Assembly (NCBI GenBank): GCA_964545575.1 | Contig: CAZJFL010000005.1 | Location: 8,617 to 72,616 of the forward strand | Reading direction: 5' to 3' | DNA: 64,000 nt | DNA from: an uncultured Planctomycetales bacterium | GTDB lineage: Bacteria; Omnitrophota; Gorgyraeia; Gygaellales; Profunditerraquicolaceae | Shown here: piece by piece, positions 39,231 to 49,092 of the stretch | Position numbering within the stretch: position 1 is the stretch's first letter | Layout of the letters: each line of letters begins with the position of its first letter | Notes under the pieces: model-generated | Databases searched by the model: none | Seen by the model: only the letters and a program-made list of their open reading frames with translations | Told to the model about the DNA's origin: nothing | Made by a program: the position numbers and the translations under genes

Positions 39231-40348
39231 TGGCAGCTTCTACCAAACGTGATTATTACGAAATACTAGGGGTTAAGAAGAACGCCTCACTTGACGAAAT
39301 AAAAAAGGCTTACCGCGAGATGGCGCTGCGTTTCCATCCTGATCGCGTACCGGCGGAGCAAAAAAAAGAATCCGAAGAGAAGTTTAAGGAAGTCTCCGAG
39401 GCATACGCGGTTTTATCAGATGCCCAAAAGCGCGCCCTCTACGACCAGTACGGCCATGCTGGAATAGACCAGAAGTACGCCTACGAAGATATTTTTAAGG
39501 GTGCGGATTTTAGCAGCGTATTTCAGGATCTCGGTGACTTTGGCGTCGGGGGAGGGCTTTTTGATGAGATTTTTAGTGACCTGGGGTTTAATATTTTCGG
39601 CGCGCGCGGCGGTGGCGCCAGGGGCGGCGGAAGGCGGCGGGGAAGGGATTTAGAGATAGCCGTAGAAATAGCTTTAGAAGAAGCAGCCGGCGGTAGCGAA
39701 AAGACGATTACCGTCCCCCGTTACGAAATTTGTCCTAGTTGTTCAGGAAGCGGGGCAAAGCCGGGTACCAAAAAAATAACCTGCCCGCAGTGTAAGGGTT
39801 CAGGCCGCACCGTGGTCTCTAACGGTTTTTTTCAATTAGCTCAAACCTGTCCTCGCTGCCGGGGCGAGGGTTCGGTTATTCAGGCGCCATGTCCCGCATG
39901 CCGCGGTGAAGGAAGGGCCAAGGTAACCCGGCGGATTAAAGTTAAGATCCCCGCCGGCGTGGATACGGGTTCGCATTTAAGAATAAGAGGCGAGGGGGAG
40001 GCAGGCAGCGCCGGCCACGGCGATTTATATGTCATTATTGAAGTCCGGCCGCATCCGGTTTTCCAAAGGCACGGCAATGATTTGCTTGCCGAGGTCAACG
40101 TATCTTTAAGCAAGGCGGTATTAGGAGGGGAGGTAAAGGTGCCTACACTGGCCGGCCATGTAGAAATGAAGATACCTTCCGGTACCCAGAGCGGAAAGGT
40201 TTTCCGTTTAAGAGAAAAAGGGGTTCCCGACGTGCATACCAGGGACCGGGGCGATGAGCTAGTCAGAGTCAACGTAGAAATCCCCCTGCGCCTGAATTCT
40301 GCCCAGCGCAAGCTGATGGAAGAGTTTGCCAGGCTCTCCGGAGAATGA
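39230..40348 (+). CDS. dnaJ: Chaperone DnaJ
   Basis: DYYEILG, HPD, four CxxCxGxG repeats. Confidence 0.97.
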   Translation: MAASTKRDYYEILGVKKNASLDEIKKAYREMALRFHPDRVPAEQKKESEEKFKEVSEAYAVLSDAQKRALYDQYGHAGIDQKYAYEDIFKGADFSSVFQDLGDFGVGGGLFDEIFSDLGFNIFGARGGGARGGGRRRGRDLEIAVEIALEEAAGGSEKTITVPRYEICPSCSGSGAKPGTKKITCPQCKGSGRTVVSNGFFQLAQTCPRCRGEGSVIQAPCPACRGEGRAKVTRRIKVKIPAGVDTGSHLRIRGEGEAGSAGHGDLYVIIEVRPHPVFQRHGNDLLAEVNVSLSKAVLGGEVKVPTLAGHVEMKIPSGTQSGKVFRLREKGVPDVHTRDRGDELVRVNVEIPLRLNSAQRKLMEEFARLSGE

Positions 40349-40362
40349 TATAATCTTTACCC

Positions 40363-41640
40363 ATGCCCAAGATAAGGCCTTTTAAAGCAGTAATCTACAA
40401 TCAGGAGGCGGTCAAAAAATTATCTTCCCTGGTCTGCCCTCCCTACGATGTTATTTCTCCCGCCGAGCAGGAGTATTACCATAACCAGAGCCCCTATAAT
40501 TTTATCCACATACTTTTAGGCAAAGATATCCCCGGCGAAGATAAATACCGCAGGTCATCCGTTTTATTTAAAGATTGGTTTAAAAACAAAATCCTAATCC
40601 AGCAGGAAACGCCGGCAATATATTTCTATGCCCAACAGTATAGCCTTAAAGGAGAAAAAAGAACGCGCACCGGGTTTATCGCGCTTTTGGATCTGGATGA
40701 GAAAAGCGCTTCGGTTTTTGCGCATGAGTACACGCGGGCCGCTCCTAAAGAAGATAGGCAGAGGCTCTTAAAGAGCGTAAAGGCAAACTTAAGCCCGATA
40801 TTTGCGGTTTTTTCCGATAAAGACCGTATCGTCAGGCGGTTAGAACAATACCTTAAAGATGAGCAGCCTTTTGTGGATATCACCGACGAGGCAAAAATAA
40901 ACCATAAATTGTGGAAAATCGATTCCCCCGATATCTTAAGCAAGATACAAAATAGCATGAAAGACAAAAATATCTTCATTGCTGACGGCCACCACCGCTA
41001 TGAGGTCGCCTGTGCTTACCGCGATGAGATGAAGAAAAAAACGGAGGGGCTTACCGGCGAAGAAGATTTTAACTATATCCTGGCTTATTTTACGAGCACC
41101 GAATCTCGCGACCTGACCATACTGCCGGTGCACCGGCTGGTAAAATTGGGTCCTAAAATAGAGATGCACGGGTTCCTTACGTCTTTACGCGAATATTTTG
41201 ATTTGGAAGAGGTTAAAGACAAGACAAAGTTTTTCTTCCTGATGGAAAAAGGCGGGCGCACAGAGCATGTCTTAGGGATGTACAAAGATAAAAAATACTG
41301 GCTGCTGCGTTTAAAGAATATCAAAATATTAGATAAAATGATTGCCGATAAGCCTAAAGAGTACAGGTTGCTGGATGTGGCTATTTTAAACTCCCTAGTC
41401 TTAAAGAAAATCCTCGGGCTGAACCTGGAAACTAACGAAGAGATAATGTTTAGCCAGAATGCGGATGATTTTATTGAGCGGGTCGATAAAAATAAAAGTT
41501 ATCTTGCCTTTTTGCTAAATCCGGTGAAGATCGAACAGATCACTTCCGTGGCCTTGACCGGAAACCGGATGCCGCCCAAATCTACCTATTTTTACCCTAA
41601 GGTATTGTCAGGTTTAGTCATAAATAAGTTCGGAGCTTAA
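40363..41640 (+). CDS. DUF1015 family protein
   Basis: PPYDVIS, HEYT, NLSPIF, IADGHHRYE, MPPKSTYFYPK..SG. Confidence 0.88.
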   Translation: MPKIRPFKAVIYNQEAVKKLSSLVCPPYDVISPAEQEYYHNQSPYNFIHILLGKDIPGEDKYRRSSVLFKDWFKNKILIQQETPAIYFYAQQYSLKGEKRTRTGFIALLDLDEKSASVFAHEYTRAAPKEDRQRLLKSVKANLSPIFAVFSDKDRIVRRLEQYLKDEQPFVDITDEAKINHKLWKIDSPDILSKIQNSMKDKNIFIADGHHRYEVACAYRDEMKKKTEGLTGEEDFNYILAYFTSTESRDLTILPVHRLVKLGPKIEMHGFLTSLREYFDLEEVKDKTKFFFLMEKGGRTEHVLGMYKDKKYWLLRLKNIKILDKMIADKPKEYRLLDVAILNSLVLKKILGLNLETNEEIMFSQNADDFIERVDKNKSYLAFLLNPVKIEQITSVALTGNRMPPKSTYFYPKVLSGLVINKFGA

Positions 41641-41658
41641 GAGCCGGGAGTTTGGAGT

Positions 41659-42498
41659 ATGGCGCTTTTCGGAAAGCCGAAATACACGATAGTCAGATTA
41701 AAGAAAAAAGATATCCCGGAAGGCCTCTGGACAAAGTGCGAGGGGTGCTCCGAGGCGCTTTACAACAAAAACCTGGAAGAAAACTTTAAAGTTTGCCCGA
41801 AGTGTAATTATCATTTTGTCTTGGGGGCTTACGAAAGAATCGCTATGCTGCTGGAGGCGGGTACCTTTCTGGAATACGATAAAGATATGGTTTCGGACGA
41901 CCCTCTGGAGTTTAAGGGCCCCAAGACCTATGCCGAGAAGATCGCTTCTGACCAGGCTGCAACCGGCTTAAAAGAGGCGGTAGTGACGGGAGAAGGGCTG
42001 TTGGGTCAGCAGCCGCTGATAATTGCGGTTACGGATTCTCGTTTTATTATGGGTTCTATGGGTTCGGTAGTGGGAGAGAAGATTACGCGCGCTATCGAGG
42101 CGGCGACTAAAAAAAGGCTCCCTCTGGTTATTATTTCCGGATCAGGAGGCGGCGCCAGGATGTACGAAGGGATGTTTAGCCTGATGCAGATGTCTAAGAC
42201 TTCCGCCGCGCTTTCTTATCATCATCGGGCGGGGCTCGCCTATATTTCTGTTTTAACTAATCCTACTATGGCGGGGGTGATGGCGTCTTTCGCGGGATTA
42301 GGCGATATGATTATCGCGGAACCCAAGGCCTTGATTGGTTTTACCGGCCCCAGGGTTATCGAGCAGACTATCCGGCAGAAGCTGCCTGTAGGCTTTCAGC
42401 GTTCGGAGTTTCTCCTGGAACACGGCCTGATTGATATGATTGTGCAGCGCAAAAATATGAAGGAAACGATAAGTCAATTGCTTGACTATCTGAGTTGA
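41659..42498 (+). CDS. accD: Acetyl-CoA carboxylase carboxyltransferase beta subunit
   Basis: GLWTKCEGC..VCPKC, GSMGSVVGEKI, GGARM, IGFTGPRVIEQT, FQRSEFLLEHG. Confidence 0.95.
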   Translation: MALFGKPKYTIVRLKKKDIPEGLWTKCEGCSEALYNKNLEENFKVCPKCNYHFVLGAYERIAMLLEAGTFLEYDKDMVSDDPLEFKGPKTYAEKIASDQAATGLKEAVVTGEGLLGQQPLIIAVTDSRFIMGSMGSVVGEKITRAIEAATKKRLPLVIISGSGGGARMYEGMFSLMQMSKTSAALSYHHRAGLAYISVLTNPTMAGVMASFAGLGDMIIAEPKALIGFTGPRVIEQTIRQKLPVGFQRSEFLLEHGLIDMIVQRKNMKETISQLLDYLS

Positions 42499-42522
42499 TT
42501 TTAGAAATATTGTTGGTATAAT
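42495..42522 (+). promoter_or_regulatory. Putative promoter (TTGATT-16-TATAAT, extended TG)
   Basis: Read directly upstream of the ABC ATPase gene. Confidence 0.55.
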
Positions 42523-42569
42523 AGCGGCTCAAATAAGATTTTTATTCCGACCAACGGAGCGAGGAGTAT

Positions 42570-43673
42570 ATGGCGCAGGTAAGCCTAAAGGATGTTTCAA
42601 AGGTCTTTACCAACGGAAACCGCGTAGTCAATAACGTAAACCTTGGCGTAGAGAATAAGGAGTTTATGGTTTTGGTCGGCCCTTCCGGATGCGGTAAATC
42701 CACGACCCTGCGCATGATTGCGGGTCTCGAAGACATCACTAAGGGTGATATCTACATCGGCAATAAGCGCGTAAATGATATACCGGCCAAAGACCGCGAC
42801 ATCGCCATGGTCTTTCAGAATTATGCCCTTTATCCGCATATGACGGTTTTTGAAAATATGTCCTTTGGTTTAAGATTACGGCATTATCCGAGGGCCGAAA
42901 TTACCCAGCGGGTCAAAGAGGCAGCGGATATTTTAGGTATAAAGCACCTCTTGGACCGCAGGCCGCGCGAGCTTGCCGGAGGCGAGAGGCAGCGCGTTGC
43001 CGTAGGCAGGGCAATCGTCAGAAAGCCGCTGGTATTTTTATTCGACGAGCCTTTAAGCAACCTCGACGCAAAATTACGCGTGCAGATGCGCACCGAGATT
43101 CATAAATTGCATATCCGGCTGCAGACCACCATTATTTACGTTACCCATGACCAGGTGGAGGCCATGACCATGGGCGACCGCATTGCGGTAATGCGCGATG
43201 GCGTTTTACAGCAATTAGCCGATCCGATCACGGTTTACGACCATCCTAAAAATAAGTTTGTGGCTGGTTTTATCGGTTCGCCCCCGATGAGTTTCATGAA
43301 AGGCCGGATTATAAAAAAAGAAAACCGGCTCTATTTTGACGAAGGCAAGATTCAGGTAAGGATTGTCGAAGATATGCACGTTAAGCTCAAAGGGTATCTA
43401 GAGAGGGATATCATCTTCGGCATCCGCTCCGAAGATATCTATGATAAATTATTTGTTTCCGAGGCGCCCCAGGAGAATATCGTCAGGGTAAATTGCGAAG
43501 TCGTCGAACCCATGGGCTCGGAGGTTTATCTGTATCTCAATACCGGAAAGCACACCTTTATCGCGCGGGTCGGCGCGCATGATAAGCCTCAGGTTAACCA
43601 GGACATAGACGTAGTGTTTGACATGAGCAAGGTGCACTTTTTTGATAAAGATACCGAAGAAACCATCATCTAA
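42570..43673 (+). CDS. Sugar ABC transporter ATP-binding protein (MalK/UgpC/MsmX family)
   Basis: GPSGCGKST, MVFQNYALYPHM, LFDEPLSNLDAKLR, YVTHDQVEAMT, FIGSPPM, C-terminal OB domain. Confidence 0.93.
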   Translation: MAQVSLKDVSKVFTNGNRVVNNVNLGVENKEFMVLVGPSGCGKSTTLRMIAGLEDITKGDIYIGNKRVNDIPAKDRDIAMVFQNYALYPHMTVFENMSFGLRLRHYPRAEITQRVKEAADILGIKHLLDRRPRELAGGERQRVAVGRAIVRKPLVFLFDEPLSNLDAKLRVQMRTEIHKLHIRLQTTIIYVTHDQVEAMTMGDRIAVMRDGVLQQLADPITVYDHPKNKFVAGFIGSPPMSFMKGRIIKKENRLYFDEGKIQVRIVEDMHVKLKGYLERDIIFGIRSEDIYDKLFVSEAPQENIVRVNCEVVEPMGSEVYLYLNTGKHTFIARVGAHDKPQVNQDIDVVFDMSKVHFFDKDTEETII

Positions 43674-44982
43674 ATATAAAAATCTTTTTTCTTCCTTGGC
43701 GAATTCCCCTCTCCTTAAAATTGCTGTTTCCGGAGCCTCGCTGTTCCTTTTTTACATACTCCTGCCCGTAGGATTAATCACCCGCGCTAAACCGGTACGT
43801 CTTTTATGGTTATTTATATTTTATTTGGCTGTTTGCGCGAGCCTCGTTTATTTGCTGCAGAAAAACTCCGGCAGAAAACGCAGGCTCCAGCTTAAGACCG
43901 AGGACATAGAGGAGAAAACAAACCTCTTAAACATCGAGTATGCCAAAGGAATCAAGAATCAGATTGCCCTGCAGGAAAAAATCAAGCGTTATAACAGCCT
44001 AAAGAGCATCATCGAGGAGATAAATCAGAATCCCGCCCTGGAGGCGATAGCCAACCGCCTTTGCGAAATAACCTTCTCTTTGATTTCGCGCCAGAAAGGC
44101 ACCTGTATACTTTATTTGGTCGACCCCGAGACCCATAAACTCTGCCTTTTTAAAACCAAAAAAGAAGACGAGGCAGTAGTAGTCAAGGCAAAAGAAGGAG
44201 ATGCTTTTGATCTGTGGGTCTTAAGGCATTCCAGCCCCCTGATCATCGAGGACGTAAAGAAAGACTTCCGTTTTGACCCGGATAAATTAAAAAGAGAAGA
44301 TAGCCGGCAGTTTTTTTCCCTGATCAGCGCACCCTTAATCAGCGAAAATAAGTTTTTAGGTATCTTAAGGCTGGATAACCCCACAGCAGGGTTTTATTCT
44401 CAGGATGATTTAAGGTTTTTAGTGACCATTGCTGACTTGGGTGCGGTAGCCTTGGAAAACGGAGAACTTTTTCAGAAGATGCAGGATCTGGCTATACACG
44501 ACGGGCTGACCCTGCTTTATACCAAAGGTTACTTTTTAGAGCGCCTGAAAGAAGAGTGCAAAAGAAGCATCCGCCAGGATACCGCTCTCTCCTTATTAAT
44601 GCTGGATATAGACCACTTTAAAAACTACAACGATACCTTCGGGCATACCGCAGGAGATATAGTCTTGAAAAAAATAAGCCTGGATATATCGGATTTTTTA
44701 AAAGAGGCAAATCCCATCATCAGCCGTTTCGGGGGCGAGGAGTTTTGTATTGCCCTTATGCGCACAGATAAAAAAAAGGCTAGAGTTTTAGCGGAGCAGC
44801 TAAGGGCGAGGATAGAAAAGACCCGTATCGTCCTGCGCCGTCAGGAAACCAAAATAACCGTTTCTATCGGAGTAGCGAGCCTCGGTAAAGACACCAGCGA
44901 AGAAGATGAACTGATTATGCGGGCGGACCAGGCGATGTATGAGGCAAAGCAGAAGGGCAGAAACCGGGTATGTGGAATATAG
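43642..44982 (+). CDS. Membrane-anchored GAF-GGDEF diguanylate cyclase
   Basis: Two TM helices, coiled coil, GAF-like region, DIDHFK.YND.FGH..GD, RFGGEEF; start uncertain (TTG). Confidence 0.88.
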   Translation: MIKIPKKPSSKYKNLFSSLANSPLLKIAVSGASLFLFYILLPVGLITRAKPVRLLWLFIFYLAVCASLVYLLQKNSGRKRRLQLKTEDIEEKTNLLNIEYAKGIKNQIALQEKIKRYNSLKSIIEEINQNPALEAIANRLCEITFSLISRQKGTCILYLVDPETHKLCLFKTKKEDEAVVVKAKEGDAFDLWVLRHSSPLIIEDVKKDFRFDPDKLKREDSRQFFSLISAPLISENKFLGILRLDNPTAGFYSQDDLRFLVTIADLGAVALENGELFQKMQDLAIHDGLTLLYTKGYFLERLKEECKRSIRQDTALSLLMLDIDHFKNYNDTFGHTAGDIVLKKISLDISDFLKEANPIISRFGGEEFCIALMRTDKKKARVLAEQLRARIEKTRIVLRRQETKITVSIGVASLGKDTSEEDELIMRADQAMYEAKQKGRNRVCGI

Positions 44983-45968
44983 CGGTATTGGCATTATTGA
45001 CTGTTTTCTTTTATCTCTGGCTTAAATCTACTCTCGATAACAATTTTTTAAAGGGCCAGAGGCACTATGACGATATCAACGTAAAATACAACGGATTATT
45101 GCAGGATAATACGCGCCTAGAGGAGGAAAACGCGGGCCTGGAAGAAAAGGTCGAATATAATGTCGCCCTTTACGATATTACCAGAGCGCTTTGTAAATCT
45201 TTGGAAGAGGAAAAAGTATTTGCTATTTTTAAGGAGCAGTTAAAGAAGTACATCGGGGTAAGCGATTGTAAGTTTACCAGAGAAGATATAGAGCCGCAAG
45301 AATATAAAGAAAAAACCGTCGTCCCTTTAAAAATAGATAAGGATAATCTGGGCCTTTTGATTGTGGGCGGGATAAGAGAGCGAGATTTGGATACCTTCAA
45401 TATCCTGGCCCAGCAGTTTCTCCTGGGGGTTAAGCGGGCTATTTTATACCAGCGCGTCCAGGCCATTGCCATTACCGATGGCCTGACACAGGTTTTCAGC
45501 CGCCGGTATTGCCTGGGAAGGTTCCGGGAAGAAATAGAACGATCAAAGAAGTTCAAGCATAACTTTTCTTTTATGATGATTGATATAGATTATTTCAAGA
45601 ATTATAATGACCGATACGGCCATTTGGTGGGAGACGCGGTCTTAAGAGAAGTAGCTGATACCATCAAGGAGAGCGTCAGGCAGATAGACCTGGTCGGCAG
45701 GTACGGCGGCGAGGAGTTTTTGATTATTTTGGTTGAGACCGCAGCCCAGCAGTCCGGGTTTGTTGCCGAACGTATCCGCAAGGCGGTCGAAGATAGGCAG
45801 ATCAAGGTATACGATGAGGACATTAAGGTTACGATCAGTATCGGAGTAGCTACTTTCCCCGAAGACGCCCGGGAGCCCCAAGCTATAATTGAGCGGGCAG
45901 ACAGGGCCCTCTACCGCGCAAAAGAAGCCGGCAGGAATAAGGCCTGCCTTTACAGCGATACTAAGTAG
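44970..45968 (+). CDS. Membrane-anchored GGDEF diguanylate cyclase
   Basis: N-terminal TM helix, DIDYFK.YND.YGH..GD, RQID I-site, RYGGEEF. Confidence 0.9.
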   Translation: MWNIAVLALLTVFFYLWLKSTLDNNFLKGQRHYDDINVKYNGLLQDNTRLEEENAGLEEKVEYNVALYDITRALCKSLEEEKVFAIFKEQLKKYIGVSDCKFTREDIEPQEYKEKTVVPLKIDKDNLGLLIVGGIRERDLDTFNILAQQFLLGVKRAILYQRVQAIAITDGLTQVFSRRYCLGRFREEIERSKKFKHNFSFMMIDIDYFKNYNDRYGHLVGDAVLREVADTIKESVRQIDLVGRYGGEEFLIILVETAAQQSGFVAERIRKAVEDRQIKVYDEDIKVTISIGVATFPEDAREPQAIIERADRALYRAKEAGRNKACLYSDTK

Positions 45969-45977
45969 TATTAATCC

Positions 45978-46006
45978 TTGCAATTAAAATCGCTTTAAGC
46001 TAAAAT
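45978..46006 (+). promoter_or_regulatory. Putative promoter (TTGCAA-17-TAAAAT)
   Basis: Read directly upstream of the ROK gene. Confidence 0.5.
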
Positions 46007-46014
46007 AAAAAGCT

Positions 46015-46941
46015 ATGGTAGAAGATTTTATCATCGCGATTGACTTGGGCGGCACAAACTTAAAAATTGCCCTGCTTGATGCCAAATACAGGATCAGGGA
46101 CAGGCGCTTTTTAAATACCCGCCGGTTTGGCGAAAAAGAAGGACTGATCCGGGGTATGGCCGAAGCAATAAATGATTTGTTGGGTTGTAACCGTTTGAGC
46201 AAGAAAAAGATACGCGGCCTAGGTGTTGGTTTGCCCGGCCCGGTAGATAACCGCCGGGGTATCGTGCATTTCCTGCCTAATATTGCTGGATGGAAAGAAG
46301 TGAGGCTGAAGCAGATTTTAGAAAAAAAATTAGGGCTCGCCGTTTTTTTGGATAACGACGCTAATCTAATGAGCCTGGCGGAGTATAAATTAGGGGCAGC
46401 GCAGGGTAGCCGTTATGCGGTCTGCCTTACTTTAGGCACCGGTGTCGGCGCGGGTATCATTATCGAAGGGAAGATCTACCGCGGGGCAGATAACGCAAGT
46501 GCCGAGGTCGGCCACATCCCCATTAATGAAAACGGCCCGCGCTGTAAGTGCGGAGGTAGAGCTTGTCTTGAATCCTATATCGGCAACCGTAGTATCGAGA
46601 AGCTGGCGCGCAGGTTATTCGGCCGCAATATTTCTTTGGAAGAATTGGGCGCGCGGGCTAAAGCAGGAAACAAAAAAGCGCTGGCCATCTGGTCGAGCCT
46701 GGCGCATCGCTTAGGCGTGGCTTTGGTCGGGGTGGTAAACCTGCTTAACCCGGATTGTATTGTTATCGGCGGCGGTGTGGCGGGCGCCGGCAAGATATTG
46801 TTTGAGCGGGTAAGAAAGGTGGTAGAAAAACAGGCGATGCGGATACAAGGCCGCCGGGTCAAGATATTGCAGGCAAGGTTAGGTAGTGATGCCGGCCTGA
46901 TCGGAGCGGCGATTATGGTAAGAGAAGCACGGGCGAAATAG
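46015..46941 (+). CDS. ROK family sugar kinase (glucokinase-like)
   Basis: IDLGGT, DNDAN, LGTGVGAG, EVGH, CKCGGRACLESY. Confidence 0.92.
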   Translation: MVEDFIIAIDLGGTNLKIALLDAKYRIRDRRFLNTRRFGEKEGLIRGMAEAINDLLGCNRLSKKKIRGLGVGLPGPVDNRRGIVHFLPNIAGWKEVRLKQILEKKLGLAVFLDNDANLMSLAEYKLGAAQGSRYAVCLTLGTGVGAGIIIEGKIYRGADNASAEVGHIPINENGPRCKCGGRACLESYIGNRSIEKLARRLFGRNISLEELGARAKAGNKKALAIWSSLAHRLGVALVGVVNLLNPDCIVIGGGVAGAGKILFERVRKVVEKQAMRIQGRRVKILQARLGSDAGLIGAAIMVREARAK

Positions 46942-46943
46942 AA

Positions 46944-49088
46944 ATGCAAAAATATTTAAAATTATTTAATTTTGTTTTTTTAGTTTGGATTTTGATATTT
47001 GGATTTTGGATTTATGCATCTGCCCAGGCGCACAAAGACTCGATAATCATTAACGGCGATACCGTGGAATACTCCACAGAGAAAAATGAAGCTACCGCCA
47101 TAGGTAACATTGTGATAAATTACAAAGGCGCGATACTCACCTGTGATAAGTTAACGATCAATACCCTCACCAAAGAAGGTATTGCCGAGGGAAACGCAAA
47201 GCTAGAAGATGAAAGGGGGGTTATTACCGGTTCCAAGATCACTTATAATTTTAATACTAAGGCCGGTACGATCATTGACGCCGGTTTCCGGTCTAATCCT
47301 TATTTCGGCAAGGCCGAAAGGATAGAAAAGATAAACGATCGGGAGTTTATCTCGCTTGGCGGTTATATGAGTACCTGTAACTATGACCATCCGCACTACA
47401 GCATCGGGTCAAAAAAGATAGATTTCTTCCCCAAAGATAAAGTAGAGATTAAGGGCGCTGCGGTTCATCTTTTGGGTATCCCGATATTATATCTGCCCAA
47501 ATTTACCCATAGCCTGGTTGAGGATAGACCTAAAATAATGAATATACAGGTCTCTCCCGGCATGAGAAAAGAATGGGGCCCTTATCTGCTTACCGGCTGG
47601 CGTTATAACCTTACGGAAAACATTATGGGCAGGCTTTACCTGGATTACCGCTCGAAGCTGGGGGTAAGCGAAGGCGTGGGTTTTAATTATAGGTCGCCGG
47701 TGGGCAACGGAGACTTTAAGTTTTATTACACCCAGGAACATCCGCAAAACCATCCCGTAGAAGGCCCTGATGAGTTTGAAAGGTATTTTGCGCGCCTACG
47801 CCATAAATGGGATATAGACAAACGCACGAATCTCACCGTAGAGTATTATAAGATCGCCGACCAGGAAAGAAGGCTGCCTCTCTATCCGGGCGATTTATTA
47901 AAAGATTATTTTTACCGCGAATACGAAAAGAATTCCCAGCCGGTATCTTACGCCCTGCTTTATCATAATTTCAGTTATTCCAGCCTCGGCTTGCTTTTAC
48001 AGAGGCGCACTAACCACTGGTATGAACAGCTCAATAAAACCCCGGAGCTGTCTTATAGTTTGCCCAGCATACGTATCGGCAGCACCCCGTTTTATTTTGA
48101 AAACAATACTACCGCCGCAAACTTTGACAAAAAGGCAACCACCTACCCTTACACCAGCGATGATGTAACCGTATCCAGATTTGATACCAGCAATACCCTT
48201 TCCCTGCCGCTTAAGCTATTCTTTGTAGAGTTTACGCCCTTCGTAGCCGGACGCGAGACTGTCTATGATAAGGGCGCAGGCGGTTTTTCCGTTCCGAAAA
48301 GGACGATATTCTCTGGCGGGGCAAACTTAAGCACCAAAATTTTCCGCCTATTTGATGTTAAATCGGATTTCTTGGGGCTAGATATAAACGGCATCCGGCA
48401 CATCATTACGCCGATAGTAAAGTATGTCTATAACCACCGACCGACCATCTCCGCCAGCAAGCTTCAGCAGATAGATGCGATTGATTCTCTCGCTGCAAGC
48501 GAATATATCTCTTTGGAATTATCCAATAAACTGCAGACAAAGAGAGAAGGAAAGGCTGTAGACCTGGCGAACTTGCGCATAAACACGTTATACAATTTGA
48601 AGACTAAAGACGGCCCCGGCTCAAGTTTTTCCGATTTTTACCTGGATCTGGAATTGCGCCCTTATGCATGGCTGCGTATTAAGTCCGACGCTAGCTACGG
48701 CTATAAAGAAAAATACTTTAAGGAAGCCAACGTCAATTTATACGCTACCTTAGGTAAAGAAAGGTATCTAGGCGTCGGCCACCGGTATTTGAGGGGCGGC
48801 GGCAAAGAGATGACTTCGGAATTGGCCTGGCGGCTGAACCCTAAGTGGAAATTCAAGGTATACGAACGTTATCAATTTGCAGATTCCCAGAGCCGCGGAC
48901 TGATGGAACAGGAATATACATTAACCCGCGACCTGCATTGCTGGGAGACCGATATCAGTTATAATATCAGTAAAACAGACGGCCATACCCTGTGGTTTGT
49001 GTTCAGGTTAAAGGCCTTTCCGGAGCTTGAGTTTGGCTTCCAGCAGAGTTACCACCCGGATCAGTCAGGCTCCCAATCTAACCCTTAA
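46944..49088 (+). CDS. lptD: LptD-like LPS-assembly outer membrane protein
   Basis: Signal peptide, OstA-like beta-jellyroll N-terminus, STC motif, beta-barrel-like C-terminus (RDLHCWE). Confidence 0.75.
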   Translation: MQKYLKLFNFVFLVWILIFGFWIYASAQAHKDSIIINGDTVEYSTEKNEATAIGNIVINYKGAILTCDKLTINTLTKEGIAEGNAKLEDERGVITGSKITYNFNTKAGTIIDAGFRSNPYFGKAERIEKINDREFISLGGYMSTCNYDHPHYSIGSKKIDFFPKDKVEIKGAAVHLLGIPILYLPKFTHSLVEDRPKIMNIQVSPGMRKEWGPYLLTGWRYNLTENIMGRLYLDYRSKLGVSEGVGFNYRSPVGNGDFKFYYTQEHPQNHPVEGPDEFERYFARLRHKWDIDKRTNLTVEYYKIADQERRLPLYPGDLLKDYFYREYEKNSQPVSYALLYHNFSYSSLGLLLQRRTNHWYEQLNKTPELSYSLPSIRIGSTPFYFENNTTAANFDKKATTYPYTSDDVTVSRFDTSNTLSLPLKLFFVEFTPFVAGRETVYDKGAGGFSVPKRTIFSGGANLSTKIFRLFDVKSDFLGLDINGIRHIITPIVKYVYNHRPTISASKLQQIDAIDSLAASEYISLELSNKLQTKREGKAVDLANLRINTLYNLKTKDGPGSSFSDFYLDLELRPYAWLRIKSDASYGYKEKYFKEANVNLYATLGKERYLGVGHRYLRGGGKEMTSELAWRLNPKWKFKVYERYQFADSQSRGLMEQEYTLTRDLHCWETDISYNISKTDGHTLWFVFRLKAFPELEFGFQQSYHPDQSGSQSNP
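46984..47011. repeat. Heptamer array TTTGGAT TTTGATA TTTGGAT TTTGGAT in signal peptide
   Basis: Read directly; encodes WILIFGFWI. Confidence 0.75.
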
Positions 49089-49092
49089 AAAG

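Noticed and set aside
39601-39645. GC-rich GGC repeats in dnaJ
   Set aside because: They encode the normal Gly-rich linker.
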